A stretch of 56,095 nucleotides of DNA from Dehalococcoides mccartyi (GTDB taxonomy: Bacteria > Chloroflexota > Dehalococcoidia > UBA2979), in NCBI GenBank assembly GCA_945888895.1, contig CAMDAY010000001.1, positions 1-56,095 on the forward strand. Reading direction: 5' to 3'. Made by a program: the position numbers and the translations under genes. Of this stretch, positions 36,673 through 44,345 are shown piece after piece. A model generated the notes under the pieces. That model made no database searches, was not told the DNA's origin, and saw only the letters and a list, made by a program, of their open reading frames with translations. Each line of letters opens with the position of its first letter. The first letter of the stretch is position 1.

Positions 36673-37128
36673 ATGCCGTTCGAGATCACCCGTGTCGGCA
36701 CGCCTGCGGATCTGGCGGCGGCGCTCGCCGTGCGCACGCGCGTCTTCGTCGAGGAGCAGCACGTCCCCGTCGAGGAGGAGATCGACCATCACGACGCCGA
36801 GCCGTGGACACGATCGGACGTCCTGCACGTGATCGGCCGCCTCGATGGGACGGTGATCGCGACGGCGCGGCTGCTGCTCGAGACGCACGACGGCGGGTAC
36901 CCGCACATCGGTCGCGTGGCCGTGCTGGCGGAGCATCGAGGCCACGGGTACGGCCGCGCACTCATGCGCGCGCTCCAGGACGAGGCGCGCGCGCTCGGCT
37001 TCCTCGGCGTCACGCTCGCAGCACAGACGCACGCCGTGCCGTTCTACGAAGGGCTGGGGTACGTGGCGCGTGGGCCCGTGTACCTCGACGCGGGCATCGA
37101 GCACCGGGACATGGACATGCTGCTGTAG
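36673..37128 (+). CDS. GNAT family N-acetyltransferase
   Basis: ATG at 36673 follows a GGAGG and gives 151 aa: 'GRVAVLAEHRGHGYGRALM..LAAQTHAVPFYEGLGY'. Confidence 0.85.
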   Translation: MPFEITRVGTPADLAAALAVRTRVFVEEQHVPVEEEIDHHDAEPWTRSDVLHVIGRLDGTVIATARLLLETHDGGYPHIGRVAVLAEHRGHGYGRALMRALQDEARALGFLGVTLAAQTHAVPFYEGLGYVARGPVYLDAGIEHRDMDMLL

Positions 37129-37190
37129 GCAGCGTGCCAGAACGTCCGGCGTGGCGCGGTGGCACGCGAGCTGCCTCGACGTGCCGAGTG

Positions 37191-37283
37191 GGGCGGCCCA
37201 CCCCCTGCCCCTCCCTTCGCGGGAGGGGTTCAGAAAGAAGAGAACCAGGTGTGAGGAGCTGCGCCCCTCACACTCCCGGCGGA
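37191..37283 (+). repeat. ~90-bp composite repeat, family 2, copy 3
   Basis: Aligns with 12314-12404 and 14858-14948, with the identical 33-mer GTGAGGAGCTGCGCCCCTCACACTCCCGGCGGA. Confidence 0.9.
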
Positions 37284-37368
37284 GGCCGTCTGCGCCCAAA
37301 GCGTGGCGCTGCACTTGTCACTGCTGCGCGGATAAGGCCGTAGGAGACCAACGCGCCGCTTTGCTTCC

Positions 37369-37407
37369 GCCCCCTCCCCCCTCGCGGGGGAGGGTTGGGG
37401 TGGGGGG
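37369..37407. repeat. GC-rich hairpin repeat, family 1 (opposite orientation)
   Basis: Sequence is gcCCCCTCCCCCctcgcGGGGGAGGGTTGGGGTGGGGgg. It ends 7 nt before the stop codon at 37414. Confidence 0.85.
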
Positions 37408-37413
37408 CTTCCT

Positions 37414-38247
37414 CTACAGCAGCGTGCCGGCGTTGAACGACTCGATGGTGCCGCGGAGGCCGAGCTCGGTGACGGCTTTGCGGACGACCTGGGCCGTGTC
37501 AGTGAAGTGGAGCAGGGCGTCGATCTCGGCGCCGGTGCGGATGGCGGCGCTAAAGCCCTGGATGTCCATCTGGCGGTTGATGCTCGACTTCTTGAGCTGG
37601 AGGAACTTCGACGGGAGGTTCGCCATCTTGGTTGCCATCTCGCGCACTGTGGCGTCGAGGTCGGCGGCGGGGACGGCGCGGTTCGCCCAGCCCCACTGCG
37701 AGGCGGTGATGCCGTCGATGCTGCCGCCGACGGTGTAGGACATCTCCTTGGCGCGCTTCGGACCGACCAGCCACGCCCACATCGGGCTGATGTAGCCGCC
37801 GCCGCGGGGGGTGGTGGGAACGCCGATGTGGGCGTCCTCGGCCACGACGGTGATGTCGCACATGACGGCGAGCTGGGTCGCGACGCCGAGGCAGTAGCCG
37901 TGGACCTGGGCGATGATCGGCTTCGGGAAGTTGAAGATGCGCAGGTAGCGGTCAATCGTCCCGTAGAGGCTGATGGCGTCGTCCACGACGTCGCCGTGCG
38001 TTGCTGTCGCGATCTCGCCGGGGCTCCGGCCCTCGTTCGCGCGCACGTCGGCACCTGCCGAGAACGCCCGGCCCGCACCGCGGATAATGATCACGCGCAC
38101 CTCGGGGTCATCTCCCGCCCGCGCGAGGCCGGCCTCCAGGCTGCCCCACTGGTCGGCGTTGAAGGCATTGAGGCGCTCCGGGCGGTTCAGCGTGAGGTAG
38201 GCCAGCCGGCCGTCGCGCTCGTAGATGACGGTGTCGGTGTCTGCCAT
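37414..38247 (-). CDS. enoyl-CoA hydratase/isomerase (crotonase fold)
   Basis: 277-aa ORF: 'LAYLTLNRPERLNAF', 'IIIRGAGRAFSAGADV' and 'IAQVHGYCLGVATQLAVMCD'. Confidence 0.9.
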   Translation of the reverse strand: MADTDTVIYERDGRLAYLTLNRPERLNAFNADQWGSLEAGLARAGDDPEVRVIIIRGAGRAFSAGADVRANEGRSPGEIATATHGDVVDDAISLYGTIDRYLRIFNFPKPIIAQVHGYCLGVATQLAVMCDITVVAEDAHIGVPTTPRGGGYISPMWAWLVGPKRAKEMSYTVGGSIDGITASQWGWANRAVPAADLDATVREMATKMANLPSKFLQLKKSSINRQMDIQGFSAAIRTGAEIDALLHFTDTAQVVRKAVTELGLRGTIESFNAGTLL

Positions 38248-38368
38248 GTGGTGCTCCTCAAGCCTCCGTCGACTGATGCGGCTGCATGGTCTCAGATGCG
38301 GCCGTCATGCTCGACTGCACGCCCCGGAGAACGGCGCTGCGCTGGATTGACGCGACAATCAACCCTTA

Positions 38369-39217
38369 GTGAAGGCTTTCACTACCGGCCTCTACTCGAT
38401 CTTCATTCAAGTGCACGGTGCGGCTACCCCGACCCCCAAGGACATCGCGGGCACCTACAGCCTGGTCGCCCAGCTGCGTCACGAGACGGGCTGGCAGCGC
38501 GAGATCACGCTGCGCGCCCAGACCCCCTTCACGGGTGAGCTCCGCGGCACGGGCACCCTGTCGATGGCCCAGGTCGATGCGCTGGCCTCCCAGATGGAGC
38601 AGGCCCTGAAGATCCAGGAAGGCCTGACGACCTACACCCTCCGTATCGTCGCGAAGGTGCACGCCACCGGCACGACCGCCGGCGTCCCCTTCGAGCGCGA
38701 TGCCGAGCAGACGATGCAGTTCTCCATGAACAACCGCGTCATGTCCCTGGACTCCACGGTCGGCAAGACCGCGCTGCTCATGGAGGAGAAGCCGACGGTC
38801 AAGATCAGCGGCCAGACCGACCGCAAGCTGGTCATCCCGATGACCGGCCTGTCCTTCGCCTACCGCGAGCTGCCGCAGGCCGCCGCGATTGCCATCGGCG
38901 TCTCGACGCTGGTGCTGGTCCTCGGTGCGGTCTCCACGCTGATGCTTTCCCGCATGAGCGAGGCCGACCGCATCCGCGTCCGCTTCGGCAACCAGCTGGT
39001 GGATGTGGCTGAGGGCAGCCCGGTCCCGGAGTCCGCGGTGTTCGTGAAGCGCTTCCAGGATCTGCGGACGGTCGCCGCTGCCGAGGGCACCACCATCGGC
39101 CACCAAATGGACGGCAACATCCACGTCTACTTCGTCAAGGCGATGTCCGAGACCTACGTCTACTGGATTGTCCCGGCGGCCGTGACGGCCAACGAGTCCG
39201 AGCGAGTCGAGGCCTAA
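38369..39217 (+). CDS. hypothetical single-TM protein, possibly a 5'-truncated DUF5305-like gene
   Basis: 282-aa ORF with very high GC3. It has one TM helix, 'AAAIAIGVSTLVLVLGAVSTLMLS', followed by 'RMSEADRIRVRF', and the tail '..GNIHVYFVKAMSETYVYW'. It has no N-terminal signal or TM helix, and an in-frame TGA lies at 38348, 21 nt upstream of the GTG. Confidence 0.55.
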   Translation: MKAFTTGLYSIFIQVHGAATPTPKDIAGTYSLVAQLRHETGWQREITLRAQTPFTGELRGTGTLSMAQVDALASQMEQALKIQEGLTTYTLRIVAKVHATGTTAGVPFERDAEQTMQFSMNNRVMSLDSTVGKTALLMEEKPTVKISGQTDRKLVIPMTGLSFAYRELPQAAAIAIGVSTLVLVLGAVSTLMLSRMSEADRIRVRFGNQLVDVAEGSPVPESAVFVKRFQDLRTVAAAEGTTIGHQMDGNIHVYFVKAMSETYVYWIVPAAVTANESERVEA

Positions 39218-39219
39218 TC

Positions 39220-39699
39220 ATGCGGGTACGTATCCTCATCCTGGCTGCGATGGTGTTCCTGGGCGCGAACGCGGTGATGCCGGCGTACGCCGCCTCGGTG
39301 AGCATCCCGACCATGGCTGGCGCGAAGCGCGTCGTGGACAGCACGCAGATCGGCGCGAACAAGTTCAAGCCGACCATGTGCGCGGGCATCACGCTGACGA
39401 GCATGATCGTCGTCACCGGCGCGTCCGGCACGGGCACCAACGCCAGCGAGCTGATCATCGGCAACGGTTCCCGCGACCAGACGCTCAACGGGGGCGGCGG
39501 GAACGACTGCATCATCGCCAGCGGCGCGAGCAGCCTCATCGATAACGCGTTGAGTGGCGGCGCGGGCAATGACGTGCTCATCGGCGGTCGGTTCGCGAAC
39601 AACGCCTTCACCGGCGGCAACCACACGGATACGTGCTACTACCGCCAGAACGACGCCCCGGCGGGCAATGCCTGCGAGACGCTGGTGTACATGCCGTAA
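39220..39699 (+). CDS. small secreted protein with RTX-like GGxGxD calcium-binding repeats
   Basis: 159-aa ORF starting 2 nt after the upstream stop. It has the Sec signal 'ILILAAMVFLGANAVMPAYA|AS', the nonapeptides 'GGGGNDCII', 'GGAGNDVLI' and 'GGNHTDTCY', and 4 Cys. Confidence 0.7.
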   Translation: MRVRILILAAMVFLGANAVMPAYAASVSIPTMAGAKRVVDSTQIGANKFKPTMCAGITLTSMIVVTGASGTGTNASELIIGNGSRDQTLNGGGGNDCIIASGASSLIDNALSGGAGNDVLIGGRFANNAFTGGNHTDTCYYRQNDAPAGNACETLVYMP

Positions 39700-39728
39700 C
39701 CGTCCGTATCGCTCACAGGTCGAGCAGG

Positions 39729-39766
39729 ACACGGAATGGCCCGCCAATCGGCGGGCCGTTCCGTGT
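39729..39766. terminator. bidirectional terminator hairpin between convergent genes
   Basis: ACACGGAAtGGCCCGCC-aatc-GGCGGGCCgTTCCGTGT lies between the stops at 39699 and 39793. Its core, GGCCCGCCnATCGGCGGGCC, is shared with the hairpin at 15063. Confidence 0.75.
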
Positions 39767-39792
39767 GTGTACCCGCGCCTGATGCGTCGAGG

Positions 39793-41049
39793 CTACTCGA
39801 GCGTGGTCATACCCTCGCGCTTCGCGTTGACGAGGATGGCCATGTTCCCGGCCGGGTGCCGGTTCTCGTGCATCAACTGGTGCGCCTCGCCGATGCCGTC
39901 GAACGGGAAGGTCCTCGACAGCGCGGGGTCGATCTGGCCGGCGGCGACCATGTCGTTGAGGGCCGCGCTCTGCTCGACGTTCGCGCAGTGCGAGCCCTGG
40001 AGGCGCTTTTGGCGCATCCACAGGTAGCGCAGGTCGACGTCCGCGTTGTAGCCGCTGGTGCCCGCGCAGATCACGACCATCCCACCGTTGTCGACGAGGA
40101 AGGTCGAGGTGGGGATCGTCGCCTCGCCGGGGTGCTCGAACACGATGCGCGGCGCGCGTCGCTCGCCGAGCACCTCCCAGAACTTCGCACCGAACGCGCG
40201 GGCGCCCTTCATCCACTCGCCGAACGCGGCTTGATCGTCGAGGTCGGGGAGCCGGCCCCAGTGGGTGAACGCCGGGTCCTTGCGGTTGATCACCCCTTTC
40301 GCGCCCATCTGGTAGCAGAACTCGTACTTCGATTCCTCGGACACCACGGCGATGGGGACGCCGCCGAACGCCTTCGTCAACTGGATCGCCATGCTGCCCA
40401 CGCCGCCGGAGCCGCCCCAGATCAGCACCGCGTCGTTCTCGCGGACGGTGTGCGGCGCCCAGCCCATGAGCATGCGGTAGGCGGTGGTGCCCACGAGCAT
40501 GTACGCGCCGGCGGCCTCCCACGTGAGCTGCTTCGGCTTTGGGTAGCACTGCGTGTAGTTGACGCGCGTGAACTGGGCGAACGAGCCGTAGTTCGTCTCG
40601 TAGCCCCAGATCTTGTTGGTGACGGAGGTGGTGGGGTCGGCGCCCGCCTGGATATCGGGCGCATCCTCGTCCCACATGCCGAAGCCGAGGACGACCTCGT
40701 CGCCGACCTTCACGTTGGTGACCTCGTCGCCGATCGCCCACACGATGCCCGAGGCGTCCGAGCCGCCGATGTGGAAGTCCTCCGTCTCGCCGGCGCGGTT
40801 GCGCGTGGCGATGACGTCGACCGGCTTGCCGAGGGCGGCCCAGACGTTGTTGTAGTTCACGCCGGCGGCCATCACCCAGACGAGCACCTGCTTCGGCCCA
40901 ATCGAGGGCGTATCGACGACCTCGCTCTGGAACGCCTGCGCAGGCTCGCCGAAGCGCGACTGGCGGATGACCGAGGCGTGCATCCTCGCGGGCACGTGGC
41001 CCATCGGCGGCGTCTCGCCGAGGTCGTAGAGGTCTTTCACGTCGGGCAT
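39793..41049 (-). CDS. ccr: crotonyl-CoA carboxylase/reductase
   Basis: ATG at 41049 gives 418 aa: '[45 protein letters not shown]', then '[15 protein letters not shown]' and '[10 protein letters not shown]'. This closely matches Ccr N- and C-terminal hallmarks as I recall them. Confidence 0.85.
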   Translation of the reverse strand: MPDVKDLYDLGETPPMGHVPARMHASVIRQSRFGEPAQAFQSEVVDTPSIGPKQVLVWVMAAGVNYNNVWAALGKPVDVIATRNRAGETEDFHIGGSDASGIVWAIGDEVTNVKVGDEVVLGFGMWDEDAPDIQAGADPTTSVTNKIWGYETNYGSFAQFTRVNYTQCYPKPKQLTWEAAGAYMLVGTTAYRMLMGWAPHTVRENDAVLIWGGSGGVGSMAIQLTKAFGGVPIAVVSEESKYEFCYQMGAKGVINRKDPAFTHWGRLPDLDDQAAFGEWMKGARAFGAKFWEVLGERRAPRIVFEHPGEATIPTSTFLVDNGGMVVICAGTSGYNADVDLRYLWMRQKRLQGSHCANVEQSAALNDMVAAGQIDPALSRTFPFDGIGEAHQLMHENRHPAGNMAILVNAKREGMTTLE

Positions 41050-41153
41050 CTGGTTCCCCTCGTCAGTCGTGGCGTCGCACCATCCTATCCAACAATCGGC
41101 GTTGCTGGCTCGGAGCACGCACGGGCTGACGCGCACCTCGACGAGCCGCGTCG

Positions 41154-42380
41154 CTACAGACGCCGGACGGACGGCCAGACGAAGCCGTACACGATCATCG
41201 CGAGGGTGCCCGCGACCATGAACGCTCCGATGCCGATCTGGGGGCCGGCGTACGCGATCAGGAGGCCCATTGGCAGTGCGCCCAGCGGTTGCAGCCCCTG
41301 GCAGAGCTGCCAGATCGACATCACGCGTCCTCGGACGTGGTTGTCGGTGATGAGCTGGAGGAGGGTCTGGTTCAGCGTGTTGGAGATCGACGAGAAGAAC
41401 CCGGCGAGCACCAGCATGGCCAGCGACAGCGCAAAGTCCGTGGAGAACGCCAGGACGATCAGGACGAGGCCGTAGACCACGTAGTTGAGGATCATCGCCC
41501 AGCCCTTGTGGACGAAGTCACCCCACCACGACATGTACATCAGGCCTAGGATCGCGCCCCAGCCGGCCATCGAGGAGAGCAGGCCATACCCGGCGTTCCC
41601 GGTGTGCAGCACGTCCTCCGACACCACGGCGAGGAACGGCACGTACGGGAAGATGATCAGCGAAACGATCCCCCACATCACGATCAGGCCGAGGATGCGG
41701 CGGTCTCGGCCGACGGCGTTCAGCCCCTCGACGATCTGGCGGAACGGGTTGCCCTCGAGCCGCGCGCGGGACTGTCGTGTCTCGTTGCCGATGCAGAGCG
41801 TGAGCAGCATCGCGATGACCTTTGCGATGGCCATGAACGTGAACGGCGCGGCAGTGCCGAAGAACCCGATCATCGCGCCGATTGCGGGAGGGCCGGCGAC
41901 ACGCGCCAGGCTCTGCATCGCGGAGTTCATCGCGACGGCGTTCGCCAGCGTCTCGTCCGTCGAGACGTCGTAGACGAACGCCTGCCGGGCAGGCTGGGTG
42001 ATCGCCTGGAGGATGCCTCCGGCGATCGCCAGCGCGTACAGCTGCCACAACTCGATGAGGCCGGTCACGATCAGCACGGCCAGCATCGCCGCCTGGATGG
42101 CACTCGCCGCGGTCGTCCAGACGAGCACAGTGCGGCGGCGGAAGCGATCCGCGAGGTAGCCGCCGATCGGGGCGGCGATCACACCCGGCCCGGCAGAGAA
42201 CGCCGAGACGATGCCGACCTCGATCGCGGAGCTGGTCATCTGAAGCGCGAGCCACGTCAGGCCGATCTGTTGCGCCCACTGCGCCGTCCCCAGCGACAGC
42301 GTGGACAGCGCGAGGTAGCGGAAGTCGCGCTGCTCGAACGCGACGAACATGATCCGGAGCCGGCCCTGCAGCCCATGCAT
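41154..42380 (-). CDS. MFS transporter (EntS/MFS_3-like)
   Basis: 408-aa ORF with multiple TM segments and '[32 protein letters not shown]'. The start may be the internal ATG at 42350 ('MFVAFEQ'). Confidence 0.8.
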   Translation of the reverse strand: MHGLQGRLRIMFVAFEQRDFRYLALSTLSLGTAQWAQQIGLTWLALQMTSSAIEVGIVSAFSAGPGVIAAPIGGYLADRFRRRTVLVWTTAASAIQAAMLAVLIVTGLIELWQLYALAIAGGILQAITQPARQAFVYDVSTDETLANAVAMNSAMQSLARVAGPPAIGAMIGFFGTAAPFTFMAIAKVIAMLLTLCIGNETRQSRARLEGNPFRQIVEGLNAVGRDRRILGLIVMWGIVSLIIFPYVPFLAVVSEDVLHTGNAGYGLLSSMAGWGAILGLMYMSWWGDFVHKGWAMILNYVVYGLVLIVLAFSTDFALSLAMLVLAGFFSSISNTLNQTLLQLITDNHVRGRVMSIWQLCQGLQPLGALPMGLLIAYAGPQIGIGAFMVAGTLAMIVYGFVWPSVRRL

Positions 42381-42835
42381 CCTCGACCCGCGTCCGTCCG
42401 GCTGGCGATCCAGGCTCAGCGGGGTGCCGCAGATCGATGTGCACTGTCGTGCCGCACGAGGAGGCGCGGGGGAACCTCGAGGCTCGCGGCGAGACGGTCG
42501 GTCGAGCGCGTCATGGGGAGTCCGATCGGCGGTGTTCGCGCGAGGCCGACCGATTCTACCCCTCGTCGCGACGCCCTGGCTCGCCCGGCGGGCGTGCTGC
42601 GTCAGTGCACGGCAGCAGGGAGCCGTGCGCTAGTATCCGCCGCAGAGTTGTCAGGACAGCTCGGCACACCGCCGCCGTAGATGAGGAGTGACCGAGGAGA
42701 TGTCATGGGCTACGCCGGGCGCACGGTGCGGACCGGGCAGGTACGAATTCATGTTCACGGTTGCACCGCTGGTGGTGCAGGGCGGTACCGGATCGCCCGT
42801 CAACCCGCTCGCGACGTTCTGATCGGAGTGCCTCG

Positions 42836-43927
42836 ATGACCACACCGCGCCCCATCCCCACGTTCGAGGTAGATCCGAGCTGGCCGAAGTTGCCCGGCGA
42901 CTGGGTCTTCGGCCTCGTCAGCGGCGTCACGGTCGCGCCCGACGATCACATCTGGGTGATCCATCGTCCGCGCACGGTGCTGCCCGGACAGCAGGCCGCG
43001 CCGCCGGTGGCGGAGTTCGATGCCGCAGGCAACTTCCTCCAGGGCTGGGGTGGCCCCGGCGAGGGCTTCGAGTGGCCCGGCACGGAGCACGGCATCTCGA
43101 TCGACGACCACGGCTTCGTCTGGATCGGCGGCAGTGGCACCGGCAGCGCGACCGAGCTGGGTGACGACGCGATCCTCAAGTTCACGAAGTCCGGCGAGTT
43201 CGTGATGCAGATCGGCCGGCGAGGCGCGAGCACGGGCAACACCGACACGGCGAACGTGCATGGCGCGGCCGACGCCGTGGTCCACGACGGCGAGGTGTTC
43301 GTCGCGGACGGCTACGGCAACCGGCGGATCATCGTGTTCGACGCGGAGACGGGCGCATACAAGCGCATGTGGGGCGCCTTCGGTAATGTGCCCACCGACC
43401 CGTCCCCCTCGGACCCGCCCGCGAGCGACGAGGGCGAGGGCGCGCCGCAGTTCGACCTCGTCCACGCGGTGCGGGTGTCGAACGACGGGCTGGTGTACGT
43501 CAGCGACCGGCGCAACAAGCGCGTGCAGGTGTTCCGGCCGGACGGCACCTACCTGTCGCAGGTGTTCCTGAGCCGCGGCGCGTTCCCGCCCAGCACGTTG
43601 CCCGGCACCGCGTTCGGCACGCCAATCAAGGAGCTCGCGGACGGCCTCGTCGCCGGTCGCATGACCGCCTCGAGGACCGCGTTCTCTCCGGATCCGGAGC
43701 AGCAGTTCCTGTACGTGGTCGACCGCATCAAGCAGAGCATCGCGATCCTCGACCGCAAGTCGCTCGCGTTCCTCGGCGAGTTCGGGGACGGGGTGGGCTC
43801 TGCGCCGGGAAGCTTCTACATCCTCCACGACGTGGCGACGGACTCGCAGGGCAACGTCTACACCGCCGAGGTGAACGACAACGGGAACCGTCGTGCGCAG
43901 AAGTTCGCGTTTACTGGCATGAAATAG
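42836..43927 (+). CDS. NHL-repeat beta-propeller, peptidylamidoglycolate-lyase (PAL)-like
   Basis: ATG at 42836 follows a GGAG and gives 363 aa: 'FEVDPSWPKLPGDWVFGLVSGVTVAPDDHIWVIHRP' (like the start of the PAL domain), 'VFVADGYGNRRIIVFD' and 'VYVSDRRNKRVQVF'. Confidence 0.7.
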   Translation: MTTPRPIPTFEVDPSWPKLPGDWVFGLVSGVTVAPDDHIWVIHRPRTVLPGQQAAPPVAEFDAAGNFLQGWGGPGEGFEWPGTEHGISIDDHGFVWIGGSGTGSATELGDDAILKFTKSGEFVMQIGRRGASTGNTDTANVHGAADAVVHDGEVFVADGYGNRRIIVFDAETGAYKRMWGAFGNVPTDPSPSDPPASDEGEGAPQFDLVHAVRVSNDGLVYVSDRRNKRVQVFRPDGTYLSQVFLSRGAFPPSTLPGTAFGTPIKELADGLVAGRMTASRTAFSPDPEQQFLYVVDRIKQSIAILDRKSLAFLGEFGDGVGSAPGSFYILHDVATDSQGNVYTAEVNDNGNRRAQKFAFTGMK

Positions 43928-44345
43928 CCGGGATGAAGCCGCCGGCTGCCTCGACCGCGCCGGGGGCAAGGATGCCGCCCAGCAGTACGGCGCAGACCAG
44001 CGCGGGGAACCTGAAGTGGTGTGACATCTGGCTAGACCTCGTGAATCGAGAGAGTCCCGGAGAGTGCGCCGGAATTCGCGCGGGACGTGGCATCCATCAT
44101 CGGGGTTGCCACGAAGTCTGTCGCCGGGGCGAGCGTTGCACCATGCGAGTTCGTCGGCGTCCACACGCCCGTCTGCAGCCACATCCGAGCGCGCCACGAG
44201 CGCACGTGGCGGTACCACCAGGGGACGGGAGCATGAGTTCGTTGGTGAACCATGTGACCATTATGCGCGCGCGCATGTCCGGACGCGCTTCGATTGCCAC
44301 AGTAGCCGTCTCAATCCGCTGTCAGTGCGATCAACGGGCGCGGCG

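Noticed and set aside
42705-42839. A 44-codon upstream ORF (MGYAGRTVRTGQVRIHVHGCTAGG..) with a GAGGAG SD, whose TGA overlaps the ATG of the PAL-like gene at 42836.
   Set aside because: The geometry is attractive, but GC3 is only ~60% by my count against ~80-90% in real genes here. The composition is Arg/Gly-rich, and I cannot check conservation. I treat it as a probable chance ORF in the 455-bp divergent intergenic region.
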